DNA from: an uncultured Gemmatimonadales bacterium
GTDB lineage: Bacteria > Gemmatimonadota > Gemmatimonadetes > Gemmatimonadales > GWC2-71-9
DNA length: 64,000 nucleotides
NCBI GenBank assembly: GCA_963779755.1
Contig: CAVZZO010000003.1
Span: forward strand, 1,088,001 to 1,152,000
Direction of reading: 5' to 3'
In this document: positions 8,076 to 16,546 of the stretch, piece after piece
Position numbering within the stretch: position 1 is the stretch's first letter
How the letters are laid out: the number at the start of each line of letters is the position of its first letter
Translations under genes and position numbers: made by a program
The notes under the pieces: model-generated
The model's database searches: none
What the model was told of the DNA's origin: nothing
The model's input: the letters and a program-made list of their open reading frames with translations, nothing else

Positions 8076-10016
8076 TCAACGCAACGGTAGGGCTGTCAGC
8101 GAGATGCCAGCCTGGAGGCTCGGCGATCCGGCCGCGGATTGCGACAGGCTCCGGAGCCGCTGCAGCAGACGCTGGAACCGGGCATCCTGGCTGGGCAGCG
8201 TATCAAGGTCGTGGTGAGCGCCCGGATCGGACCGCAGATCGTAGAGTTCGGTTGCTCCGGACTCGAGTTGGATCACCTGCCACGCATTCCGGGAAACCAG
8301 CGACCAGACCATACCCTGCCCGGTCGGCCAGGTCTCGGGGTTTCCGGCCAGGAAAGGTGCCTCCAGCAGCACCGGATCGGTCGGCATGCCCGGCTCGACC
8401 AATGCGGCTCTGATTCCTGCCCCGGGGAAGGACACGTCCCGAATACCGGTCCACTGCATGATGGCCTCGGGCACGGCGGCCAGGCTGACCGGCGCCGGCA
8501 CGGTCGTCCCGGCCCATGGCGCATCCGCGCGCCATACGATGAGCGGTACCCGGATCTGCTCCGGATACAATCCTCCGCCGTGATGGATCATCTGGTGCTC
8601 ACCGAAGGCTTCGCCATGGTCGCTCGTAATGATTACGACCGTGTTCTGCAGCAAGCCGCGGCCTCGCAGACTGTCGAGCAAGCCGCCGATCTGGTCGTCG
8701 AGATACGACAGGCTCTCGTCGTAGCGCTGCCTCCACAGGGCCAGCACGGCGCTATCCGGAGGCGCCGCGTTCTCGTCCCAGGCCCCGATCTCTACCCTGC
8801 GCGGGTGCCACTCCGGCACCTTGGCCTCCGGCCCGAAGCGGCCGCGGTACGGCGGGGGAGGTAGATAGGGGGCATGCTGATCCATGTAATTGAGAAAGGC
8901 GAAGAACGGCCGCTCCCGACCCTGTCCCACCCAGTCCAGAAATTCCCGGTTGACAAGGGCGGCATTTTTCCGGCCCGGAATGTCCGGGAAGCCCATCCGG
9001 GGGAGGGCCCAGTAGGCCATCCGCCGCCCCAGTTCGGTGCGGCTGACCACGTCGCCGAAGCGGCCGAAATAATCTTCGTAATGGAGGAAGCCGCGGGCGA
9101 GTCCCGAGATCCGGCCCGTGAAGAAGACGTTCCCGACGAAGCCGCCCGTTCGGTAGCCGTGATCGCGCAACACCTCGGCGATGGTCGGGTACCGGCCATC
9201 GAGAAAGGCGTGGTGCGGGGTACCGGCCCGATGCACGTGCACGGGCAACCCCGTCATGAGCGTGGCATGCGAGGGGAGCGTGGTCGGAGCCCCGGCGAAC
9301 GCCTCCTGAAACAGGGCACCCGCACGGGCGAGCGAATCGAGCCGCGGGGTGGTGGGCCGGGCGTAGCCGTAAGCCGACAGATGATCGGCTCGCTCGGTGT
9401 CGAGGACGATCAGGAGCACGTTCTTCCCGTTCCCGCGTACCGGGCCCAGCCGGGCCAGCGCCAGGCGCTCCATCAGGGGGGGCAGGAGAAACCCGCCTAG
9501 CGCCCCGATCACCAGGACCGCCCCTCCCAGACTGGGCAGCGCCCGGCGCATCCGGCGGATCCAGAGGTCCCGCCGCCGCAGGTAGGAACGCAACACGACG
9601 GCGGTTACTCCGGCCGCCAGGATCAGAGCCGCGAGGGGCGACAACAGGTTGCGTTGCAGCCGGCTCAGCATCAGGGCGGAGATCAGCGCCAGCACGGCGG
9701 TCAGCGGAATGTCCCATGGGAAACGGGGCCGGATCGTCGCCGGGAGAACCAGGATGAGAGCGACGGCCAGATAGGCGAGCGCGTAGAACACCGGTGCGAC
9801 CAGCAGGACGGGCGGTGCCGTGCCGTTGTCCCAGGAGAGTCCACCCGGGATGTGGCTGAGGACCAGCGAACTGCCGGCTTCGATGAAGCCGTAGGCCAGC
9901 CCCCAGAGCAGCCCGATCCGGATCAGCTGGAGGGCGGCTTCACGGCGGCCCCCGGCCCCGGTGGCGGGGCGCCCGTCGAGCGCCCGGACAGGTGCAGCGA
10001 CCTGCCTCGCCGACAA
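8076..10016 (-). CDS. Membrane-anchored sulfatase-like hydrolase/transferase (alkaline phosphatase superfamily); start uncertain
   Basis: About five N-terminal TMs, then LIVLDTERADH, TLPSHATLMTG, NYMDQHAPY and TSDHGE..GEH. Confidence 0.85.
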   Translation of the reverse strand: MSARQVAAPVRALDGRPATGAGGRREAALQLIRIGLLWGLAYGFIEAGSSLVLSHIPGGLSWDNGTAPPVLLVAPVFYALAYLAVALILVLPATIRPRFPWDIPLTAVLALISALMLSRLQRNLLSPLAALILAAGVTAVVLRSYLRRRDLWIRRMRRALPSLGGAVLVIGALGGFLLPPLMERLALARLGPVRGNGKNVLLIVLDTERADHLSAYGYARPTTPRLDSLARAGALFQEAFAGAPTTLPSHATLMTGLPVHVHRAGTPHHAFLDGRYPTIAEVLRDHGYRTGGFVGNVFFTGRISGLARGFLHYEDYFGRFGDVVSRTELGRRMAYWALPRMGFPDIPGRKNAALVNREFLDWVGQGRERPFFAFLNYMDQHAPYLPPPPYRGRFGPEAKVPEWHPRRVEIGAWDENAAPPDSAVLALWRQRYDESLSYLDDQIGGLLDSLRGRGLLQNTVVIITSDHGEAFGEHQMIHHGGGLYPEQIRVPLIVWRADAPWAGTTVPAPVSLAAVPEAIMQWTGIRDVSFPGAGIRAALVEPGMPTDPVLLEAPFLAGNPETWPTGQGMVWSLVSRNAWQVIQLESGATELYDLRSDPGAHHDLDTLPSQDARFQRLLQRLRSLSQSAAGSPSLQAGISLTALPLR

Positions 10017-10039
10017 CCCGGGCGTGGACTCTTCCGGGC

Positions 10040-10324
10040 TCAAGCCACCATCCGGTTGTACATCGCGCCGATGAGCCGACCCAGGGCATAGCCGAACACG
10101 AAGGCGTACACGAACCCGATCAGGCTGCCCAGAAAGGTGACCCGGTAGCCGGGAAAGAAGACGTGCAGCATCTGCAGGTGCTGCCCGGCGTTGGGGCCGC
10201 CCCGCAACACCAGGATGTTGGTGGCGAAAAAGAGACCGAACCCCAGGAGCAGGCCGAAGGCGATCCCCCACGCGCGGCCGTTCAACTGAAGCAGAGTATG
10301 TTGCACTTCGTCGTTGGTCGTCAT
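10040..10324 (-). CDS. Small membrane protein, paralog of the adjacent gene
   Basis: 94 aa; AWGIAFGLLLG...FFPGYRVTFLGSLIG. Confidence 0.75.
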   Translation of the reverse strand: MTTNDEVQHTLLQLNGRAWGIAFGLLLGFGLFFATNILVLRGGPNAGQHLQMLHVFFPGYRVTFLGSLIGFVYAFVFGYALGRLIGAMYNRMVA

Positions 10325-10331
10325 GGCTCGC

Positions 10332-10703
10332 TCAGATGTGGTCGAGAAAATCCCGGGTCTGGGCCAGCTCGGCACGAGTCCGGATCAGGAACAGGGAAAC
10401 GGCGACGACGAAATTGCGGCAGAACGCCAGGAACCATCCGCCGACGAAGCCGATGAGAAACCCCCAGCCCCATCCGATCAGTGCTCCGGTTACCGAGACA
10501 CGATAGCCTCTGAAGTACTGGGCCAGGAGGACCAGGCCCTCCCCCTCCCCCCGCAGAACCGCGATGAGCGTCAGCGCGGCAACGGCGGTGCCGACCGCCG
10601 TGCCCATCGCGACGCCGAAGGCGCGCTTGTGCAGGGGGGCGAACGCCAGCGCAAGGCGGCGGCTCAGGCCTTCCGGTGCGGCCGCGGGGGCGGTTGACGT
10701 CAT
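10332..10703 (-). CDS. Small membrane protein, paralog of the adjacent gene
   Basis: 123 aa; AFGVAMGTAVG...YFRGYRVSVTGALIG. Confidence 0.75.
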   Translation of the reverse strand: MTSTAPAAAPEGLSRRLALAFAPLHKRAFGVAMGTAVGTAVAALTLIAVLRGEGEGLVLLAQYFRGYRVSVTGALIGWGWGFLIGFVGGWFLAFCRNFVVAVSLFLIRTRAELAQTRDFLDHI

Positions 10704-10778
10704 GGGGTTGCCACTTTCCTCAGGCATTCGCAGGGCCAATATGTGAGACGCTCTCTGCAGCGGCAATGCCGCGCCGGC

Positions 10779-11918
10779 TCAGGCGCTGGCCGCCGGCGGC
10801 CGTGACCGGCTTGATGCTTCCCACGGCGCGCGGGGCCGCCGGCTGGGAACCGGGGGCCAGGTCTCCAGGCCCACTTCGCTGAACGCCTGTACCGAGGCGG
10901 GCGGCTGGGGCTCGCCCACCACATGGTGCAGCAGGATGCCCGAGACCGCCGAGAGGCCGTTCACCAGGTAATAGAGCAGATGGAGCGGGAGAACGGCGAG
11001 CGCGAAGCCCCACCCCCGCAGGGCCCTGAAGGAGTGATACAGCGACCGGTTACCGTAGAGCACCGGGGCCAGCGCCAGGGCCGCCGCTGCCAGCCAGAGC
11101 GGCTGCCGGAGGAGTGCCGCCGCCCCCGCGCAGAGAAAGGCCAGCCAGACCAGCACGGTGCTCACCCGTTCCCGGGTCCGGACATTCAGCACCCCTTTCC
11201 GGATTCCCGGGTCGTCGTTCACCAGGAGCCGCATCCAGGGCACGCCCCGGTCCTTGAAATCGGTCGCCACCATGTTGCCCAGCGTCCAGCGCTTCAGGTG
11301 CGTCCCCTGAATTTCGGGCCGCAGCAGGATGCGGTGCCCCCGGGCCCGGATCCGGTGCCCCAGCTCGATATCCTCGATCTGCGGCTTGTAATAATGCCAT
11401 TCATCGAACATCCCGCACTCCGCAAAGACCGCCGTCCGGACTGCGCCACAGCCGGCCCAGAACGTTTCCGCCTCGCCGGTATTCTGGTGGTGTACCAGAT
11501 GGTGCAGAAGGTTCCGGTACTGGGAAACCAGCCCGGGAGCGGCGGGCCGACTGTCGTAGGAGCCGAAGACCGCCCCCAGGGCCAGGCTGTCGGAGAAGAG
11601 CCCGGTGAACCGCCGCAGGGCGTCGGGATGGACACAGACGTCCGCGTCCACGAAGACGATGATTTCGCCCCGCGCCGCCTCGAACCCGCGGTTACGGGCG
11701 TAGGCGGGCCCGTGGGGTTGGCCGGGCAGCCGGACCACCGCATCGGCGAAGCGGGCAGCCAGGACGGCCGTATCGTCCGTGCTGGCGTCGTCCACCACGA
11801 TCAGCTCCCAGCACTCCCGGGGCAGGTCGCTGTGCAGCAGCGCCTCCAGAGATTGGGGCAGAACCCGGTGGCCGTTATGGGCCGGCACGATGACGGAGAG
11901 AAACGGACGTTCAGACAT
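10779..11918 (-). CDS. GT2 glycosyltransferase with C-terminal TM segments
   Basis: SVIVPAHN, VVDDASTD, GPAYARNRG, FVDAD and IEDIELG. Confidence 0.9.
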   Translation of the reverse strand: MSERPFLSVIVPAHNGHRVLPQSLEALLHSDLPRECWELIVVDDASTDDTAVLAARFADAVVRLPGQPHGPAYARNRGFEAARGEIIVFVDADVCVHPDALRRFTGLFSDSLALGAVFGSYDSRPAAPGLVSQYRNLLHHLVHHQNTGEAETFWAGCGAVRTAVFAECGMFDEWHYYKPQIEDIELGHRIRARGHRILLRPEIQGTHLKRWTLGNMVATDFKDRGVPWMRLLVNDDPGIRKGVLNVRTRERVSTVLVWLAFLCAGAAALLRQPLWLAAAALALAPVLYGNRSLYHSFRALRGWGFALAVLPLHLLYYLVNGLSAVSGILLHHVVGEPQPPASVQAFSEVGLETWPPVPSRRPRAPWEASSRSRPPAASA

Positions 11919-12645
11919 GAAGCACCTCGCGAAGCCGCCGCGCCTGGCCGCGGAGACGCAGCCGCCAGCGGAACCGGGCGGATCCCCAATCCTCCAGCAT
12001 CCCCGCCTCACGAAGGTAGTACATATCCAGCCGGGGAAGCAGGTGGGGCCGGTCCTCCCGGGCCACCGGCCGCAGCTCGGTGGTGCACGCCAGGGCGAAC
12101 GTGTCCGCCGCCAGCGCCGCGACTCCGGCGTCGAGATCGCCGTAGGGATACGCAAAGGCGGCGGGCCGCCGGCCGGTTTCGCGTTCGATCTGATCGGCCG
12201 ACCCGGCGATCTCCTCCCGCCGGCGCGCGGCATCGAGCCGCGAGAGATGCGGGTGGGTCCGGGTGTGCGCGCCCAGGGCGATCCCGCGCTCGGCCAGGCG
12301 GCCCAGGTCGTCCCAGCCCAGCAGCGGCAGCGTCGGGATGCCCGGGCCGGGCGCCCCCTCCCAGTCGTTGGTCCCGCCAGCCCGGTCGGTCACCACGAAC
12401 AGCGTCGCCGGCAGTTGCAGATCCAGCAGCAGCGGCGCCGCCACCTCGCCGAAATTGGCAAACCCGTCGTCGAAGGTAAGCGCCACCGCATCGTCCTCCG
12501 GCGCCTGCCGCCCCAGCTCCTCCAACGGTACCACCCGCACCGGCCCGCCGGCCAGCCACTCGGCCTGGCGGCGGAACGTCGCGGGATCCACCGAGATCAC
12601 CGAGCCGCTCGGGTCGATGGAGTGGTACATGAGGATGGCGTGCAT
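11911..12645 (-). CDS. Polysaccharide deacetylase (CE4/NodB)
   Basis: ILMYHS, LTFDDG, GAHTRTH and FAYPYG. Confidence 0.9.
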   Translation of the reverse strand: MHAILMYHSIDPSGSVISVDPATFRRQAEWLAGGPVRVVPLEELGRQAPEDDAVALTFDDGFANFGEVAAPLLLDLQLPATLFVVTDRAGGTNDWEGAPGPGIPTLPLLGWDDLGRLAERGIALGAHTRTHPHLSRLDAARRREEIAGSADQIERETGRRPAAFAYPYGDLDAGVAALAADTFALACTTELRPVAREDRPHLLPRLDMYYLREAGMLEDWGSARFRWRLRLRGQARRLREVLHV

Positions 12646-12669
12646 GCGCAATCCGGGTTCGGTCCATTC

Positions 12670-12750
12670 GTAAGAGGTGAGAGGTAAGGCGTGAGGCGTG
12701 GCGGAATAGTCTCACGCCTTACGCCTTACGCCTTACCTCAAGCGCCTTAC
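12670..12750. repeat. Inverted heptamer tandem arrays (GTAAGGC-like / GCCTTAC)
   Basis: gtaagag-gtgagag-gtaaggc-gtgaggc ... ctcac-(gccttac)x3 ... gccttac, at a gene junction. Confidence 0.85.
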
Positions 12751-13724
12751 CTGCCCACCGCAATTCTCTCGCGCTGGTCCGCCACTACGTCGGCGACGAT
12801 CTGCTCCAGCGACCGCTGGAAGCGGTAGCCGGTAAGCTGCTCCAGTCGCCGGATGTCGGGGACGCGGCGCTCCAGGTCTTCGAACCCCTCGGAGTAGGCT
12901 TCGGTATAGGGCACGTGCACGATGGGGGAGCTGCTCCCCGCCGCCGCGCGCACCATCTCGGCCAGCCGGTTGATGGTGATCTCCCGGTCGGTGCCGACGT
13001 TGACGACCTGCCCCACGGCATCCGGTGTGGCCACGAGCCGGAGCAGCCCCTCGACCGCGTCCTGCACGTGACCGAAGCAGCGCGACTGCTCGCCCGAGCC
13101 GAAGACCCGGATCGGCTCCCCCTGCACCGCCTGGGCCGCGAAGTTGGGCAGCACCATGCCGTAGCGTCCCGTTTGCCGGGGCCCCACGGTATTGAAGAAG
13201 CGGACCACCACCACCGGGACTTTCTTCTCCCGCCAGTAGGCCAGCGCCAGCCACTCGTCCAGCGCCTTGGAGCAGGCGTAGGCCCAGCGGCTGTGGCTGG
13301 TGGGGCCCAGCTTGAGATCATCCTCCTCGGCAAAGGGAATCCTGGTTCCCTTGCCATAGACCTCGGAGGTGGAGGCCAGCACCACCAGCTTGCGCTTCTT
13401 GGCGGCGGCGTTGAGCACCGTCTCGGTGGCCTTGACGTTGGTCTCGATCGTGTGCACCGGCTGCTCCACGATGAGCCGCACCCCCACCGCGGCCGCCAGG
13501 TGGATGGTGACGTCGCAGCGGTCCACCAGTTCGCCCACCAGGGGCGCGTCCATGGCCGTGCCGACCCGGTACTCGTAGCCCTCGCGGCCGATCAGATGGG
13601 TGATGTTGTCCATCTGGCCGGTGGAGAGGTCGTCGAGAATGAAGACCTTGTCCCCCCGGTCGAGCAGCCGCTCGGAAAGATGCGACCCGATGAACCCGGC
13701 GCCGCCGGTAATGAAGACGCGCAT
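12747..13724 (-). CDS. NAD-dependent nucleotide-sugar epimerase/dehydratase (extended SDR)
   Basis: TGGAGFIG, STSEVYG, YACSK and RFFNTVGPR. Confidence 0.92.
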   Translation of the reverse strand: MRVFITGGAGFIGSHLSERLLDRGDKVFILDDLSTGQMDNITHLIGREGYEYRVGTAMDAPLVGELVDRCDVTIHLAAAVGVRLIVEQPVHTIETNVKATETVLNAAAKKRKLVVLASTSEVYGKGTRIPFAEEDDLKLGPTSHSRWAYACSKALDEWLALAYWREKKVPVVVVRFFNTVGPRQTGRYGMVLPNFAAQAVQGEPIRVFGSGEQSRCFGHVQDAVEGLLRLVATPDAVGQVVNVGTDREITINRLAEMVRAAAGSSSPIVHVPYTEAYSEGFEDLERRVPDIRRLEQLTGYRFQRSLEQIVADVVADQRERIAVGR

Positions 13725-13741
13725 TCTTACGCTCCCGGTAT

Positions 13742-13837
13742 CAGGGACAAGGGACCAGGCACAAGGGACAAAGGTCTCAATGGTCAAGCAGGGCGGACGA
13801 CGGGAGTCGTGTCCCCTGTCCCCTGTCCCCTGTCCCT
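13742..13837. repeat. Inverted heptamer arrays (AGGGACA-like / TGTCCCC)
   Basis: cagggacaagggaccaggcacaagggaca ... gtcccctgtcccctgtcccctgtccc, spanning the GT4 stop. Confidence 0.8.
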
Positions 13838-15090
13838 CTTTCCAGCAAGCCCACCACCCGCCTGTCGCCCTTCTTTTCCGCCGTTCGCCTGACGATATCC
13901 AGATACCGCGGCACCACCGCGCTCTCGCTGTAGCGCTCCACGTAGGCCCGGTAGCCGTTCTCCGCCAGCCGGCGCCGGTGGGCCGGGTCGGCCTGGATCC
14001 GCCGCATGGCCCCCAGCAGCTCCCGGCCGGTCTCGAACAGCTCGCCCCCCGCCGCCGACTCGACGATCTCCGGGAAGGGGCCGATCCGGCGCGCGATGAC
14101 CGGCGTCCGCTGCCGGAAGGACTCGATCAGGATGATGCCGAAAGTCTCGAAGCAGACCGACGGCACGATCAGTGCCAGCGCGTGCTGGTAGTAGCGGCAC
14201 AGCTCGTCCGGAGCCACCCGGCCCAGAAACCTGACCCGCTCGATATCCTGCCCCAGCGCCCGCAGGGTCGCGCCATATTCCCCCTCGCCCGCGATCAGCA
14301 GATCGGCATCGGGGTAGTCGCGAAACAGCGGGATGACGTCGTCCAGCCCCTTGATCTTCTCCAGCCGCCCCACGAAGAGGAAATAGGGCCGCCCGTGCGG
14401 CGACTCGCCGGCCACCGCCGCCCCGCCCGGCTCCGGATCGGGCAGGAAGTAGGGCAGCACTTCCATCTCCCGGGGAAAGCCGAACTCCCGGTGCTTTCCG
14501 CGGCTGAATTCGCTCATCGCGATGAACGTATCCACGTGCCGCAGCTCCCGCTCCAGAAACCCGGTCCAGCGCCAGAGCTGCGGCGGCCGGCGGTAGCTCA
14601 GGGTGCAGCGCAGGCACTCCCGCCCGGTGCAGAGCTCGCGCCCGTGGCGCCAGAGCACGTGCATGGGGCAGACCAGCCAGTGCTCGTGCGCCATGTAGAG
14701 CTTGAGCGCGTCGCCGTAGCGGAAGAGGCCGGGGCCGCCCACCAGCGAGGCGTTGTGAAAATTGATCACGTCGAAGCCGCCCCGCTCCAGCAGCTCGCGG
14801 ATCTTCCCGCCGTTCACCACCGGGCGCCCGAGCTGCTGCGTCAGGAGCGGTGACAACGCCCCCACCCCGCTCCTCAGGCCGATCCGCTCGACCCCCTCGA
14901 CCTCCTCGACCCTCTCGACCCCCTCGACCTTCTTTCCCGCCAGCATCTCCCAGGCATCGGCGTCGTGCACCACCGTCACCCGGTGCCCCGCGCGCGCCAG
15001 GCCCCGCGCCAGTCGCTGGATGCCGATCCCATCCCCGCCGAAATTCCAGGGGGGATAGAAAGTCGTCAGAAAGCAGAACTTCAGCGGCAC
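13777..15090 (-). CDS. GT4 glycosyltransferase
   Basis: FYPPWNFGGDG, FVGRLEKIKG and ETFGIILIES; Cys-rich insert CPM...C...EC..C; GTG start inferred. Confidence 0.9.
   Translation of the reverse strand: MPLKFCFLTTFYPPWNFGGDGIGIQRLARGLARAGHRVTVVHDADAWEMLAGKKVEGVERVEEVEGVERIGLRSGVGALSPLLTQQLGRPVVNGGKIRELLERGGFDVINFHNASLVGGPGLFRYGDALKLYMAHEHWLVCPMHVLWRHGRELCTGRECLRCTLSYRRPPQLWRWTGFLERELRHVDTFIAMSEFSRGKHREFGFPREMEVLPYFLPDPEPGGAAVAGESPHGRPYFLFVGRLEKIKGLDDVIPLFRDYPDADLLIAGEGEYGATLRALGQDIERVRFLGRVAPDELCRYYQHALALIVPSVCFETFGIILIESFRQRTPVIARRIGPFPEIVESAAGGELFETGRELLGAMRRIQADPAHRRRLAENGYRAYVERYSESAVVPRYLDIVRRTAEKKGDRRVVGLLERGTGDRGQGTRLPSSALLDH
14886..14932. repeat. In-frame 9-mer tandem array (CCTCGACCC-like) inside the GT4 gene
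   Basis: About five degenerate units encoding VEG-VER-VEE-VEG-VER. Confidence 0.75.
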
Positions 15091-15094
15091 GCGA

Positions 15095-16357
15095 TCATAT
15101 CCTTGTGCTCGTCGGGGACAGGGCACCAGGGACAGGGGGCAACGGGCACACCCCTTGTCCCTGGTTCCTGGTCCCCTGTCCCCGGCCTGCGTCCTCGATG
15201 GCCTGCAAGGCGATCGAAGCCGTGGCGGGCCACGAAAGCGCCCCCGCCCGCGCCAGCGCGCGCGCCGCCATGGCGCTCCGCCCGGCCGGGTCCAGCAGCA
15301 TGGAACGGAGGGCCGCGGTCACCGCCGACTGATTACCCGGCGGGATGAAAATGCCGCCGCCTTCCAGCAGCTCGGGCAACGGGCTCTCGCGCGTCGCGAT
15401 CACCGGCGCCCCACAGGCGGCCGCCTCCACCGCCGGCAGCCCGAAGCCTTCGCAGGCGGAGGGGAGCACCAGCGCCAGGGCGCGGCTGTGCAGGTGGCGC
15501 AGCTCCTCGTCGGGGACGAAGCCGGTCCAGCGCACCAGCGACTCGGTGCCCGCCTCGGCGATGGCGCGCCGGATGGCCGCCTGGTCGCCGTGGAAGGGAT
15601 CGCCCTCGGTGGCGCCCACCAGCAGCAGATAGGGCGGCGTTCCATGATAATCCGCCAGCGTCTCGGCGTGAGCCCGGACCAGCACATCCACGTGCTTGTG
15701 CGGGTTGAACCCGCCGACGTAAATGAACCAGCTCGATCCCGGCGGCACCCCGAACCGGGCCGCGATCCGGTCGGCCGCGTCGTCATCGCCGCCGGGACGG
15801 AACGCCGGGGCCGGGGCTTCCACCGCCACCCGGATCCGCTCGGGGGCCACCCGGAGATACCGGGCGATGTCCCGGGACGAGAACTCGGAGACGGTGAGCA
15901 CCAGGGCCGCCTGCCGCACCGCCGCCCCCACCTTGAGCCGCCAGAACAGCCGCGCCCGGGCGGTCGGCAGGGTCAGCTCGGGAAACCGTTCGGCGATGGC
16001 GTCGTGCACCGTCACCACCGACCTCTGGCCCGGCACCAGGGGAAACCAGGTGTACACCGAGGGCCAGAAGAAGACGTCGGGATGCTCGCGCCATACCGCG
16101 CGGCTCAGCCGCAGCATATCGGCGGGCGAGCGGTTGCCGTCGGCCGCCGCCGCCTCGGTGGGCGCGCGCGACTGCGCCACCACCACCCGGCGGACATTGC
16201 CGCCGGCCAGATCGAACGATTCGGCCGACCGGGGATCCAGAAAGCAGATCCACTCGTGGTCCGCGCCCGCCGCCGTCAGCGCCGGCAGCAGCTGCCGGAT
16301 GTAGCGACCGTACCCCCGCCCGTTGGCCCAGCAGGTCGCGTCGATCCCGATGCGCAT
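15095..16357 (-). CDS. GT4 glycosyltransferase (MtfB/WbpY-like)
   Basis: MRIGIDA..RGYGRY, VTVHD, and EGFGLPAVEAAACGAPV. Confidence 0.9.
   Translation of the reverse strand: MRIGIDATCWANGRGYGRYIRQLLPALTAAGADHEWICFLDPRSAESFDLAGGNVRRVVVAQSRAPTEAAAADGNRSPADMLRLSRAVWREHPDVFFWPSVYTWFPLVPGQRSVVTVHDAIAERFPELTLPTARARLFWRLKVGAAVRQAALVLTVSEFSSRDIARYLRVAPERIRVAVEAPAPAFRPGGDDDAADRIAARFGVPPGSSWFIYVGGFNPHKHVDVLVRAHAETLADYHGTPPYLLLVGATEGDPFHGDQAAIRRAIAEAGTESLVRWTGFVPDEELRHLHSRALALVLPSACEGFGLPAVEAAACGAPVIATRESPLPELLEGGGIFIPPGNQSAVTAALRSMLLDPAGRSAMAARALARAGALSWPATASIALQAIEDAGRGQGTRNQGQGVCPLPPVPGALSPTSTRI
15113..15184. repeat. Inverted heptamer arrays (GGGACAG-like / TCCCTGG-like)
   Basis: cggggacagggcaccagggacagggg ... 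ccccttgtccctggttcctggtcccctgtcccc, in the 3' tail of the GT4 gene. Confidence 0.75.
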
Positions 16358-16362
16358 GCGCT

Positions 16363-16546
16363 AGGACGGCAGGACGGCAGGACGGCAGGACGGCAGGCGG
16401 GTAGCCCTCCGGGGATCGGTGGTCATACCGGGGGATGTACCGGCGGCCGAACGTTCCCGCGTGCGCTCACCTGCCGCCTTGCCGTCCTGCCGTCCTGCCG
16501 TCCTGCCGCCTTGCCCTCCTGCCGCCCTGCCGTCTTGCCGCCTTCC
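16363..16546. repeat. Inverted octamer arrays (AGGACGGC / TGCCGTCC)
   Basis: (aggacggc)x4 at 16363-16394 and about nine degenerate tgccgtcc units at 16471-16546. Confidence 0.85.

Noticed and set aside
10040..10703. Phage holins or a prophage remnant
   Set aside because: Size and topology are holin-like, but there is no endolysin or other phage gene and both genes are embedded in a glycosyltransferase operon.
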